A stretch of DNA of 64,000 nt from an uncultured bacterium (GTDB lineage Bacteria; Desulfobacterota; Desulfobaccia; Desulfobaccales; 0-14-0-80-60-11), in the NCBI GenBank assembly GCA_937943575.1, contig CALEAV010000014.1:51857-115856 (forward strand), written 5' to 3'. The notes beneath the pieces are model-generated. The model did not search any database. It saw only the letters and a program-made list of their open reading frames with translations, and had not been told where the DNA came from. Both the position numbers and the translations under genes were made by a program. Positions 36,362 to 46,005 of this stretch are shown piece after piece; position 1 is the stretch's first letter; each line of letters starts with the position of its first letter.

Positions 36362-39300
36362 TTACCTCTCTTCCTCCCCCTTAACAAAAATCTCCAGCTC
36401 CTTCAAGCAGTTTTGCAGCCGCTCCCAGGGCGGACCCTCTTCTCCCACCATCACGTGGAGGCTCTGGTCCGGGGTTAGACGGAGGCGCCTCGGGTGCTGG
36501 TGCAGGAGATCCAGGAGCTTTTTCAAGTTCAGGCGCTCCGGGGCGGCGAACTGGATGACGGCCCGGCCGTTATGGAGCTCCAGGCGCTTGACCCCCAGGC
36601 GCCGGAGGTCGCATCTGAGGCGCACCGCCGCCAGGAGGTTCTCCCCTTCCGGGGGCAGGGGGCCGAAGCGGTCCCGGAGCTCGGCGGCCAGGTCATCCAC
36701 CAAGGCGGGGGTGAGGCGGCCGGAGAGGCGGCGGTAGAGGGCCAGCCGCTCCTGTTCGTCGGGCACGTACTCTTCGGGGAGGTAGGCCGCCACCGGCAGC
36801 CGCAGCTCCGGCTCAGGGGCCAGCTCCTCCGGGGCCTCGCCCTTGAACTCCCGGATGGCCTGCTCCAGCAGCTCCAGGTAAAGCTCGTAGCCCACCTCCG
36901 CCAGGTGCCCCGACTGGGCCTGACCCAGAAGATTGCCGGCCCCCCGGATCTGCAGATCGTGGAGGGCGATGCGGTAGCCGCTCCCCAGCTCGGTGAATTC
37001 CATCAGGGCCTTGAGGCGCTTCTGGGCTTCGGGGCTGAGCCCCGCCTCGTCGGGCACCAGGAGATAGGCATAGGCCTGGGCCTGGCTGCGACCCACCCGG
37101 CCCCGCAGCTGATACAGTTGCGCCAACCCCAGGGTGTGGGCCCGGTTGACGATGATGGTGTTGGCCGCCGGCACGTCCAGGCCCGCCTCGATGATGGCGG
37201 TGCATACCAGCACGTCCACCTCGCCCCGCCAGAACTTCACCATCACCTGCTCCAGCTGGCGCTCCGGCATCTGCCCGTGGGCCATGGCCACCCGGGCTTC
37301 CGGCACCAGCTCCTGCACCAGGCGGGCCCAGCGGGGCAGGGTCTGCACCCGGTTGTGCACGAAAAAGACCTGACCTTTGCGGGCCAGCTCCCGGCGGATG
37401 GCCGCCTGGATGACCTCCCGGTCCGGCCGGCATACGTAGGTGCGGATGGCCCGGCGGTTCTCCGGCGGCGTGTTGATGAGGCTGAGCTCCCGCAAGCCCG
37501 AGAGCGACAGCTGCAGGGTCCGGGGGATGGGGGTGGCGGTGAGGGTGAGGACATCCACCGTCTTGCGCCACTCCTTCAGCCTCTCCTTCTGCTTCACCCC
37601 GAAGCGCTGCTCCTCGTCGATGATGAGGAGCCCCAGGTCCCTGAAGACCACGTCTTTGGAGAGCAGCCGGTGGGTGCCGATGATGATGTCCACCTTGCCG
37701 GCGGCCAGCTCCGTCAGGATGCGGCGCTGCTCCGCCGGGGGTTTGAAGCGGGACAGGACCCGGACCACCACAGGGTACTTGGCCAGGCGGCGGCTGAAGG
37801 TCTCATAGTGCTGCTCGGCCAGGACGGTGGTGGGCACCAGCACCGCCACCTGCTTGCCGTCCATGGCGGCCTTGAAGGCGGCCCTGACCGCCACCTCGGT
37901 CTTGCCGTAGCCCACATCGCCGCAGATGAGCCGGTCCATAGGCTTGTCCCGCTGCATGTCCCCCAGCACCTCCTCGATGGCCTGCAGCTGATCCGGGGTC
38001 TCCTCATAAGGGAAGGTGGCCTCGAACTCCCGGAAGACCTGATCCGGCGGCGAAAATGAGTGTCCGGGGAGCACCTGCCGGGCGGCGTACAGCTCCACCA
38101 GCTCCCGGGCGATCTTCTCCACCGCCCGACGCACCCGCCTTTTGGTGCGCTCCCAGGACTTGCCCCCCAGGCGGTCCACCCGGGGGGGCACCTCCTCCAC
38201 CCCCAGGTACTTCTGCAGCAAATGGAGGCGGTCCACCGGCACAAAGAGGCGGTCGCCCCCCTGATATTCGATCTCCAGATAGTCGTTCACCTGGGCGCCG
38301 GCGGTGAGCTTCACCAGCCCCCGGTAGATGCCGATGCCATGGTCCAGGTGGACGACAAAGTCCCCCTCTTTCAGGTCCGCCAGACCGGTGAGGTGCTGGG
38401 GGGGCGGGGTCTCCTTACGGCGCCGGCGCTCCGGGACATAGCCCAGGGCCTCATCCTCCGTGAGGACGATCAGGCCTGCCGCATCCCAGCGGAAGCCCCC
38501 GGAGATCTCCCCGGCGGTGAGGAGCACCCGGTGGCCGTCTCCCCAGGTGGGCTGGGGGAGCACCTCCACCTCCAGGCCCTCCTGGACCAGAAGCTGGCTG
38601 AGGCGCCGGGCCCGGTGGAGATTGAGGGAGACGAGGACGATATGGGCCCCCTGCTCCTGCCAGCTTTGCAGACGCCGGGCCAGGGCCGGGAGCAGCCGCC
38701 CCTCCCCGCCCCCCTCCCGGGCCAGCTCCGCGGCCAGGTCTGTCAGGCGCCCGGTGCGGAACTCAAAGGCGGTCTCCTCCCCCGGAGCCCCCAGAGGCAG
38801 GAACTCTACCAGTATCTGAGGGAAGGATGACGCCCGGGGCAGGGCGGGGGTGGGGTCCAGCCAGCCGTCGGTCTCCCCCGGGGGTGACGGGGCCGGGAGT
38901 TCCTCGGCCCGGGCCAGATTAAGGGGATCCCAGAGCACCACCACGGTTTCCGGGGGGAGATAGTCCCACAGGGTCTCGGGCTCTGGATAGAACTCCGAAA
39001 GGTGGCGCTCGATGCCCGGGAAGGAAAGGCCCTCCTGGAGGTGCTGCCACACCCGGGGGTCCCGGCGGCGGCTGCGCCCGGCCAGGGCCCGCTCCCGCAC
39101 CGCCGGGGTGAGGACCACCTCCCGGGCAGGGAGGAGCACCAGCTCCTCCAGGGAGGCCCCCACGGAGCGCTGCGCGGCCGGGTCGAAGAGGCGGATGGAC
39201 TCCAGCTCGTCGCCGAAAAACTCCAGACGCACCGGCTTGTCGTACAGCGGCGGGAAGAGGTCAATGATGCCGCCCCGGACGCTGAACTCGCCGGGCTCCT

Positions 39301-39826
39301 CCACCACCGGCCGGCGCTCGTAGCCCGCAGCCGCCAGGTGGGCGAGAAACTCCGGCCGCCTCACCTCCTCGCCCACCACCAGCCAGCGCATGGCCTGCCG
39401 CAGGGCCTCCCGGGGGAGGAGGCGTTCCCGCAGGGCCAGGAGAGGGGCAGTGACCAGGACCGGCTCGGGGGAGGTGAGCACCTGCCAGGCGGCCCCCACC
39501 CGGGCGGCGCTCACCCCGGCATCGCCGCTGAGATCCTGGAAGGGCAGGAGCTCGTGGGCCGGAAAGGGGAGGAGACGGGGCCCCACCTCCCCGGGGGCCG
39601 GCGGCAGGTCCCCCAAAAAGAAGCTGAGATCCCGGTGCAGGGCCTCCTGGGCGGCCTCATCCGCCGTGATGACCAAAAAGGGCCGCCGGCAGGCAAGGAA
39701 GAGCCGGCTCAGCACATAGGCCCCGGCCGCCGGGGTCAGGCCCCGCAGGCGCACCTCTCCCGGGCCGCGGGCCACCGCCGCCGCCACCTCCTGCCAGCGG
39801 GCGCCTGAGGGGAAGAGTTCGTCCAT
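36362..39826 (-). CDS. mfd: Transcription-repair coupling factor Mfd
   Basis: About 1150 aa. Contains a CarD-like segment (GDFVVHLDHGIGIY), helicase motifs (GDVGYGKTEVA, DEEQRFG) and a TRCF C-terminal domain. Confidence 0.9.
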   Translation of the reverse strand: MDELFPSGARWQEVAAAVARGPGEVRLRGLTPAAGAYVLSRLFLACRRPFLVITADEAAQEALHRDLSFFLGDLPPAPGEVGPRLLPFPAHELLPFQDLSGDAGVSAARVGAAWQVLTSPEPVLVTAPLLALRERLLPREALRQAMRWLVVGEEVRRPEFLAHLAAAGYERRPVVEEPGEFSVRGGIIDLFPPLYDKPVRLEFFGDELESIRLFDPAAQRSVGASLEELVLLPAREVVLTPAVRERALAGRSRRRDPRVWQHLQEGLSFPGIERHLSEFYPEPETLWDYLPPETVVVLWDPLNLARAEELPAPSPPGETDGWLDPTPALPRASSFPQILVEFLPLGAPGEETAFEFRTGRLTDLAAELAREGGGEGRLLPALARRLQSWQEQGAHIVLVSLNLHRARRLSQLLVQEGLEVEVLPQPTWGDGHRVLLTAGEISGGFRWDAAGLIVLTEDEALGYVPERRRRKETPPPQHLTGLADLKEGDFVVHLDHGIGIYRGLVKLTAGAQVNDYLEIEYQGGDRLFVPVDRLHLLQKYLGVEEVPPRVDRLGGKSWERTKRRVRRAVEKIARELVELYAARQVLPGHSFSPPDQVFREFEATFPYEETPDQLQAIEEVLGDMQRDKPMDRLICGDVGYGKTEVAVRAAFKAAMDGKQVAVLVPTTVLAEQHYETFSRRLAKYPVVVRVLSRFKPPAEQRRILTELAAGKVDIIIGTHRLLSKDVVFRDLGLLIIDEEQRFGVKQKERLKEWRKTVDVLTLTATPIPRTLQLSLSGLRELSLINTPPENRRAIRTYVCRPDREVIQAAIRRELARKGQVFFVHNRVQTLPRWARLVQELVPEARVAMAHGQMPERQLEQVMVKFWRGEVDVLVCTAIIEAGLDVPAANTIIVNRAHTLGLAQLYQLRGRVGRSQAQAYAYLLVPDEAGLSPEAQKRLKALMEFTELGSGYRIALHDLQIRGAGNLLGQAQSGHLAEVGYELYLELLEQAIREFKGEAPEELAPEPELRLPVAAYLPEEYVPDEQERLALYRRLSGRLTPALVDDLAAELRDRFGPLPPEGENLLAAVRLRCDLRRLGVKRLELHNGRAVIQFAAPERLNLKKLLDLLHQHPRRLRLTPDQSLHVMVGEEGPPWERLQNCLKELEIFVKGEEER

Positions 39827-39961
39827 TCGATCACGGCCGCGCCCCCAGGGCCAGGGGAGCCTCTCCCCAGGCCCTTCACGCCGCCTCGGCGGGGCATGAC
39901 CGTCTTCTCCCTTCATTATCGCCACGGAGAGGGATTTTTCCAAGGGCGGGGGGTCCCGGGA

Positions 39962-39974
39962 GGCAAGAATTGCC
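39962..39974. promoter_or_regulatory. Palindrome GGCAA-N3-TTGCC, candidate UAS for the flgF sigma54 promoter
   Basis: GGCAAGAATTGCC is centred 71 nt upstream of the -24 GG at 40039. Confidence 0.4.
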
Positions 39975-40037
39975 GCCCAGGGACAGGCTCATCGGGGGCT
40001 GAATTTATATTGCATGTGATATCAACCAGTTACATTA

Positions 40038-40053
40038 TGGCATTCCCCTTGCT
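40038..40053 (+). promoter_or_regulatory. Sigma54 promoter of flgF
   Basis: TGGCAT-TCCCC-TTGCT has GG-N10-GC spacing and lies about 40 nt upstream of the flgF start. Confidence 0.6.
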
Positions 40054-40091
40054 AACCCCATCGGCCAGAACGGCGCAAAAAGGATTCGGCC

Positions 40092-40799
40092 ATGCACATC
40101 GGCTATGACATGGCAGCCTATATGGGGGTCAGAGCCGAGCGGCTCCTGCAGGTGGTGAGCCATAATCTGGCCAACGCCGCCACCCCCGGCTTCAAGCGGG
40201 AGCTTCTGAACCTCTGGCGGCTGCCCCCGGAGCCCGGCAAGGCCGCCGGCTATGTGGATGTGGCCGGCCGGGATTTCAGCCAGGGGCCCCTCATGGTCAC
40301 CGACAACGACACCGACCTGGCCATCGAGGGCCCCGGGTTTTTCAAGGTGGAGACCCCCCAGGGCATCCGCTACACCCGGGACGGGGCCTTCCGTCTCAAC
40401 GAACAGTGGCAGCTCGTCACCCGGGAGGGCTATCTGGTCCTGGGCAAAGGCGGCCCCATCACCCTGAACGCCCTGGACCAGCAGTTCGGCATCGACGAGG
40501 AGGGGGGCATCCACCTGGACCGCTCCCTCTCCGACCAGCTCCTGGTGGTGGACTTTGACAACCCCCAGGATCTGCGGCCCGTGGGCCGGAACTGCTTCAT
40601 GCCCGGCCCCGAGGCCGGCGAGGAGCGGGAGGCCACCGGCTCCCGGGTGCTCCAGGGCATGCTGGAGGCCAGCAACATCGATCCGGTGACGGAGTCCGTG
40701 AACCTTATCACCATCCAGCGCAGCTTTGAGGCCTACCTCAAGGTGCTGGACACCTTCGCCGACAGCGACCGCAAGGTCCTGGAGCTGGCCCAGGTGTAA
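40092..40799 (+). CDS. flgF: Flagellar basal-body rod protein FlgF
   Basis: N-terminal rod motif (VSHNLANAATPGFKRE), central GPGFF and C-terminal LQGMLEASNIDPV...ITIQRSFEA. Confidence 0.8.
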   Translation: MHIGYDMAAYMGVRAERLLQVVSHNLANAATPGFKRELLNLWRLPPEPGKAAGYVDVAGRDFSQGPLMVTDNDTDLAIEGPGFFKVETPQGIRYTRDGAFRLNEQWQLVTREGYLVLGKGGPITLNALDQQFGIDEEGGIHLDRSLSDQLLVVDFDNPQDLRPVGRNCFMPGPEAGEEREATGSRVLQGMLEASNIDPVTESVNLITIQRSFEAYLKVLDTFADSDRKVLELAQV

Positions 40800-40877
40800 A
40801 CCAGAGCCGGCCACCGCAGGGGTCGAAAGCCCCGGGGAAGGCCGAAGGCCGAGGCGATGCCGCCGGTTTCCTGGGAC

Positions 40878-40963
40878 GGGCACCGGCGGGAGGGGAAAGT
40901 GGGGGACCGGCTCCGCAGCCGCATCCGGCCGGGCAGGGCGTGGGCACCGGCAGGAGGGGAAAG
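40878..40963 (+). repeat. Direct repeat of a 22-nt core at 64-nt spacing in the flgF-flgG spacer
   Basis: GGGCACCGGCGGGAGGGGAAAG (40878-40899) and GGGCACCGGCAGGAGGGGAAAG (40942-40963) share 21 of 22 positions. The sequence between them is unrelated. Confidence 0.65.
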
Positions 40964-41489
40964 CCCGAGGAGAAAAAAGACGAAATCTGAGCCCCAGTTC
41001 AGGGCCCCCCTGACGAGAGGACGTGGGTTCCTCCGCCGGATTCCCCGGAGGAAACCGGAGCCTGAGTCCAAGGGCCCCCTCACCTGGCCAGGGGCAGCGG
41101 GGAAAGGCCAAAGGGGGACAAGGGGTTTTCTGGTTGGGGGGAGGGCTTTCTGTCCGGCGAGGGCAAATCGGTGTCCGCGGGACAGGAATGAGGCCGGGGG
41201 AGAGACAAAAAAGGGGCGGAGCCAAGGCAGGAACGGGCCGGGAACCGCCACTCGGGTGCGAAAGCATCTTCGCCAACCTCGGGGACGGTTGGGCAAGGGC
41301 AGGGACGGCCGGGAATCGCACGGCAAGGGGCCCAGAGAGAAGCAACGGGAGAGGCGGGGCCGCCGGTTAGGCATCCTCCACCCGCCCGGGGTCCCCTGAG
41401 GGCCCCGGGATGCCGGGCCCGAGGCCCCGGCTGCCGCCTGGCCATCCCCGGCGCCAGGAAGCGGGACGAATCTCACCAAGGAGAAGACC

Positions 41490-42272
41490 ATGTTTCGCGG
41501 CATGTTCTCCGCGGCCACCGGCATGGGGGCCCAGCAACTCCGGCTGGACATCATCGCCAACAACCTGGCCAACGTCAACACCACCGGCTTCAAAAAGAGC
41601 CGGGGGGACTTCGAGGACCTGGTGTATCAGACCCTGCGCCAGGCCGGGGGGGAGCGGCCCTCCGGGGGTCAGGTGCCCACCGGCCTGCAGGTGGGGCTGG
41701 GGGTGCGGCCGGTGGGCATCTCCAAGATCTTTTCCCAGGGCGATTACGTCCACACGGAAAACGAGCTGGATCTGGCCATCGAGGGCAAGGGCTTCTTCAA
41801 GATCCTGAGCAACGGGGTGGAGTATTATACCCGGGCGGGCAACTTCAAGATGGACAAGGACGGCTTCCTCACCACCCCGGCGGGGGACCGGCTGCAGCCC
41901 GAGTTCACCATCCCGCCCCAGACCGTCTACACCACCATCGACAACACCGGGCGGATCACCTGCTTCGGGCCGGACGGCAAGGCGCTGGCCACCGGCCAGA
42001 TCAGCCTTTATACCTTCCCCAACCAGGCGGGTCTCCTCAATGTGGGGCGCAACCTCTTCCAGATCACCGAGGCCTCCGGGGAGCCCACCGAGGGCCGTCC
42101 GGGGGTGGACGGCGTGGGCACCATCGCCCAGGGATACCTGGAGGTCTCCAACGTCAACGTGGTGGAGGAGATGGTCAATATGATCATCGCCCAGCGGGCC
42201 TATGAGCTGAACTCCAAGGCCATCCAGACGGCGGACGCCATGATGGAGCGGGCCTACCATCTGAAGACCTAA
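41490..42272 (+). CDS. flgG: Flagellar basal-body rod protein FlgG
   Basis: MFRGMFSAATGM...IANNLANVNTTGFKKSR, GKGFF and QGYLEVSNVNVVEEMVNMIIAQRAYE. Confidence 0.9.
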   Translation: MFRGMFSAATGMGAQQLRLDIIANNLANVNTTGFKKSRGDFEDLVYQTLRQAGGERPSGGQVPTGLQVGLGVRPVGISKIFSQGDYVHTENELDLAIEGKGFFKILSNGVEYYTRAGNFKMDKDGFLTTPAGDRLQPEFTIPPQTVYTTIDNTGRITCFGPDGKALATGQISLYTFPNQAGLLNVGRNLFQITEASGEPTEGRPGVDGVGTIAQGYLEVSNVNVVEEMVNMIIAQRAYELNSKAIQTADAMMERAYHLKT

Positions 42273-42283
42273 GGGAGGGAGCC

Positions 42284-43237
42284 ATGGGGTGGGGATGGGG
42301 ATTGCTGTTAGGGGTCCTGCTCTGGACGGGCCTGGCCCAGGCGGCTGATCCGGGGGCGGTGAGGTTCCGGGCGGAGGCCCAGGTGGCGGGGGACTACATC
42401 ACCCTGGGCCATCTGGCGGCCCTGCCCCCGGAGCTGGCCGCCCACTGGAGCCAGGCCCCCGTCTGGAGCGCCCCGCCCCCGGGCCAGAGCTACACCCTCA
42501 CCGGGGAGTTTCTGCGCTACCGCCTGAGCCAGATGGGCCTGGCGGAGCTGGCCCAGGCTGAGCTGCCCCCCGCCATCACCGTGCGGCAGACCGGAAAAGT
42601 CCTGCCGCCCGAGGAGGTGGCCAGGGCCATCCAGCAATACCTGCGGGAGCACAGCCCCTACCCGGAGAAGAACCTGCGCCTGACCGTCTACCCCCTGGAG
42701 GAGGCGGTGCTGCTCCCGGAGGGGCCCTACAGCCTGGAGGTGGTGCCGCCGAAAAACCACCGCCTCCTGGGGGAGCTGACCCTGGAGCTGGCCCTTGTTC
42801 AGGAGGGCCGGCCGCTGAAGCGCTTCAAGGCCGCCGGCCGGGTGAGCCTGGAGATGGAGGTGGTCTGCGCCCTCCGGCCCCTGATGCCCCCCCAGGTCCT
42901 CAGCCCCGGGGACGTCTCCCTGATGCGCCGGGAGGTCACCACCCTCAATCCCCAGGACTGGTTCACCGCCCCGGAGCAGGTGCTGGGCCGGAGCCTGGCC
43001 CGGCCCCTGGGACCCCGGGAGATTCTCACCCCCCGGCACTTAAGCCAGCAGCCCCTCATCCAGAAGGGGGAGGAGGTGACGGTGCTCCTGATGGACGGGG
43101 GTCTGGAGATCCGCACCAAGGGGGTGGCCCAGGAGCCGGGCTATCCGGGCACCACCATCCGTCTCCTCAACCCCAGGAGCAAAAAGGAGTTTCAAGCCCA
43201 GGTGGTGGACCGCAAAACCGTGAGGGTCATGCTATGA
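42284..43237 (+). CDS. flgA: Flagellar P-ring assembly chaperone FlgA (SAF domain)
   Basis: Signal peptide, a C-terminal SAF-like domain (ILTPRHLSQQPLIQKGEEVTV...) and a position between flgG and flgH. Confidence 0.7.
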   Translation: MGWGWGLLLGVLLWTGLAQAADPGAVRFRAEAQVAGDYITLGHLAALPPELAAHWSQAPVWSAPPPGQSYTLTGEFLRYRLSQMGLAELAQAELPPAITVRQTGKVLPPEEVARAIQQYLREHSPYPEKNLRLTVYPLEEAVLLPEGPYSLEVVPPKNHRLLGELTLELALVQEGRPLKRFKAAGRVSLEMEVVCALRPLMPPQVLSPGDVSLMRREVTTLNPQDWFTAPEQVLGRSLARPLGPREILTPRHLSQQPLIQKGEEVTVLLMDGGLEIRTKGVAQEPGYPGTTIRLLNPRSKKEFQAQVVDRKTVRVML

Positions 43238-43944
43238 GAACAAGACCGGGGAAATTTCTGGGAGTCGCCCTCCTTTTGGCCTTCCTGGCCGGGGCTTTCG
43301 GCTGCGAGGCCCACCGCCCTTCCGCCCGGCTGCCCGAGGCGCCCCTGGTGGCCACGCCGCTCCCCCCGCTGCCGCCGCCCCAGGAGGGCTCCCTGTGGCA
43401 GGACCGCCAGCCCCACGGCCTCATCGCCGACCGGCGGGCTCATCAGGTGGGGGATCTCATCACCATCAGCATCACCGAGGCGGCCAAGGCCAGCGAGATC
43501 GCCAACACCGAGACCTCCAAGACCTCGGGGGTGAAGACCACCATCGGCTCCCTCTTCGGCCTGAGCTTCCCCATGAAGGCCTTCACCAGCAAGGAGGTCA
43601 ACGTGGAGAGCGCCCTGGAGGGCACCGTGGGCAACACCTCCAAGGGTGAGGGCAAGACCGAACGGCAGAGCACTTTCACCACCTTCCTCACCGCCCGGGT
43701 CATCCAGGTGCTTCCCAACCAGAACCTGGTGGTCCAGGGCCGGCGCCACCTGCGGGTCAACAACGAAACCGAGGTGGTGACCCTGACCGGCATCGTAAGG
43801 CCTTCGGACATCGACCGCAACAACACCGTGCCCTCCACCAAGCTGGCGGAGGCCCGCCTGGAGATCTCCGGGGTGGGGGTGGTGTCCGACAAGCAGCGCC
43901 AGGGCTGGCTCACCCGCATCCTGGACCATCTCTGGCCGCTGTGA
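43234..43944 (+). CDS. flgH: Flagellar L-ring lipoprotein FlgH
   Basis: Lipobox LAGAFGC and FlgH core motifs (SLWQD, RAHQVGDLITISI, GTVGNTSKGEGKTERQSTF, NLVVQG). The start overlaps the flgA stop. Confidence 0.9.
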   Translation: MRTRPGKFLGVALLLAFLAGAFGCEAHRPSARLPEAPLVATPLPPLPPPQEGSLWQDRQPHGLIADRRAHQVGDLITISITEAAKASEIANTETSKTSGVKTTIGSLFGLSFPMKAFTSKEVNVESALEGTVGNTSKGEGKTERQSTFTTFLTARVIQVLPNQNLVVQGRRHLRVNNETEVVTLTGIVRPSDIDRNNTVPSTKLAEARLEISGVGVVSDKQRQGWLTRILDHLWPL

Positions 43945-44108
43945 GGCCCGGCCGGGGAGGGCCGGAGGCGGAGAATTTGGGGGAAAGGAGAGGGTCAGGA
44001 ACCCGCCAAAGGACCCGGGGCTAAAGGAGGGGCCGGCAGGCGGGTGAATCTGGGGAAGAAAGGGCCATCGGGAGCTTGACGGCACGGCATATGTGGTGGA
44101 GAGCGCTC

Positions 44109-45275
44109 ATGACGACGTCGTTGCTGACGCAGAGGGGGCCCCGGGCGGGAGGTGGGGGCTTGCGGGGCCTGATGTGGCTCGGCCTGGTGCTGGGGGGTCT
44201 CCTGGCGGCGCCGGGACTGGCCGGCACCCCGGCCTGGGCCATCCGCCTCAAGGACATCGCCTCCTTCAAGGGGGTGCGCCCCAATCAATTGGTGGGCAAC
44301 GGCCTGGTGGTGGGCTTAAACGGCACCGGCGACGGCACCAATGTGGATGTCAACACCCAGGAGCTGGCCAATTTCCTCAGCCAGCTGGGGGTGCAGGCCT
44401 CGAGGGACAAGCTCAAGGTGAAAAACATCGCCGCGGTGGTGGTCACCGCCACCCTGCCCCCCTTCGCCCGGGTGGGCTCCCGCATCGATGTCCTGGTGTC
44501 TTCCATCGGCGACGCCAAGAGCCTCCAGGGCGGCACCCTGCTCCTCACGCCCTTGAAAGGCGTGGACGGCCAGGTCTATGCCCTGGCCCAGGGGCCGGTG
44601 ACCGTGGGGGGCTTCACCGCCGGCGGCCAAGCCGGGGGCGGAGTCACCAAAAACCACCCCACCGCCGGGCGCATCGCCAACGGCGCCACCGTGGAGCGGG
44701 AGATCCCCCTGGATCTGCTGGGGAAGGATGAATTCACCCTTACCCTGCATGAGGCGGATTTCACCACCTCCCAGCGGGCGGTGCAGGCCATCAACCGGCA
44801 TCTCAAGGGCAACTACGCCCATTCCCGGGACGGCGCCACCATCGTCATCAAGCTGCCCCCGGGCTATAAGGACCGGGTGGTGCCCCTGCTGGCCGCCCTG
44901 GAGAACCTGGAGGTCACCCCGGACGCCCCCGCCAGGGTGGTCATCGACGAACGCAACGGCACCGTGGTCATGGGGGCCATGGTGCGCCTCTCCACCGTGG
45001 CCATCGCCCACGGCAACCTGGTGGTGCAGATCAAGGAGAGCGCCCGGGTGTCCCAGCCCCCGCCCTTCTCCCCGGGGCAGACCGTGGTCACCCCGGAGAG
45101 TGCGGTGAGCGTCCGGGAAGGGGAAAACCGCCTCATGGTGCTCCCCGAGGGGGTGAGCATCGGTCAGGTGGTGCAGGCCCTCAATGCCATCGGGGTCACC
45201 CCCCGGGACCTCATTGCCATCCTCCAGGCCATCAAGGCGGCCGGGGCGCTGCAGGCGGAGCTGGAGATCATCTGA
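44109..45275 (+). CDS. flgI: Flagellar P-ring protein FlgI
   Basis: Signal peptide ending AWA, then IRLKDIASFKGVRPNQLVGNGLVVGLNGTGD and the C-terminal IAILQAIKAAGALQAELEII. The start was chosen at 44109 (GGTGGAGAG RBS); TTG at 44076 is also possible. Confidence 0.9.
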   Translation: MTTSLLTQRGPRAGGGGLRGLMWLGLVLGGLLAAPGLAGTPAWAIRLKDIASFKGVRPNQLVGNGLVVGLNGTGDGTNVDVNTQELANFLSQLGVQASRDKLKVKNIAAVVVTATLPPFARVGSRIDVLVSSIGDAKSLQGGTLLLTPLKGVDGQVYALAQGPVTVGGFTAGGQAGGGVTKNHPTAGRIANGATVEREIPLDLLGKDEFTLTLHEADFTTSQRAVQAINRHLKGNYAHSRDGATIVIKLPPGYKDRVVPLLAALENLEVTPDAPARVVIDERNGTVVMGAMVRLSTVAIAHGNLVVQIKESARVSQPPPFSPGQTVVTPESAVSVREGENRLMVLPEGVSIGQVVQALNAIGVTPRDLIAILQAIKAAGALQAELEII

Positions 45276-45558
45276 CGGCCTGGGAAGGGAGGGACGGGGG
45301 AATCCGGCAGAGTTTTCGGGAGCAGCCGGCGACGGCGTGCCAGTAACGGGGCGACGGGGCGGCAGCAATGGGGCGAGGGGCGAACGAGGGAGGGTGAACC
45401 AGGCGGGGGGAACGAGGCGAGGGGGCGAACGAGCGGGAGGGCGGCAGGAAACGTCGGTTTCGGGCTCACTCACTCCATGGCCCTCCTGCAGTAACCTGAG
45501 TGGCACTCCTGGGGCGGCAGGAATTCTCCCGGGGTGATTACCCCCTTCACCGGGCAGG

Positions 45559-46005
45559 GTGCTCCGGAGAAGGGGCCACGGGACGACCATGATGGCAACT
45601 ATGGGCAATCTTATCCCAATCCATCGCAGGCAGGAGGCCTCCCTGCAGGCAGCCAGCGGCCCAACCCGGGACCGCCAGGTGCGGGAAGGCGACCGCCACC
45701 TGGCCCAGGCCTGCCGGGAGGTGGAGGAGCTCTTTCTCACCCAGCTTCTGGGGGCCTTGCGGCGGACGCTGCTCACCGGCCTGAAAAAGTCCGATACCCA
45801 GGCGGAGAAATACCAGGCCCTGGCGGACCAGGAGGTGGCCAAAGCCCTGGCTGCCGGCGGCGGCCTGGGGCTGGCCCGGACCCTGTATCTGCATCTGGCG
45901 GGGGGAAGGCTCCCCCGCCCGGAAGGGGAGAGTCATGGAGAGCGGGAGCCCGAACCCTCGGGAAACCCCGGAGGAGCTGGCCCGGCAGCTGCTCCTCTGC
46001 CTTGA
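45559..46005 (+). CDS. Rod-binding protein (FlgJ N-terminal domain only, no muramidase domain)
   Basis: ACREVEELFLTQLLGALRRT....YQALADQEVAKALAAGGGLGLARTLY matches the FlgJ rod-binding domain pattern. The start may be at 45589. Confidence 0.7.
   Translation: MLRRRGHGTTMMATMGNLIPIHRRQEASLQAASGPTRDRQVREGDRHLAQACREVEELFLTQLLGALRRTLLTGLKKSDTQAEKYQALADQEVAKALAAGGGLGLARTLYLHLAGGRLPRPEGESHGEREPEPSGNPGGAGPAAAPLP

Noticed and set aside
40857-41399. 180-aa Arg/Gly/Lys-rich ORF in the flgF-flgG spacer as a real gene
   Set aside because: - The composition follows directly from purine-rich DNA.
- Third-position GC looks lower than in neighbouring genes.
- There is no RBS before the ATG.
- Overlapping frames on the same strand are equally open.

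I mention it only as something to test.
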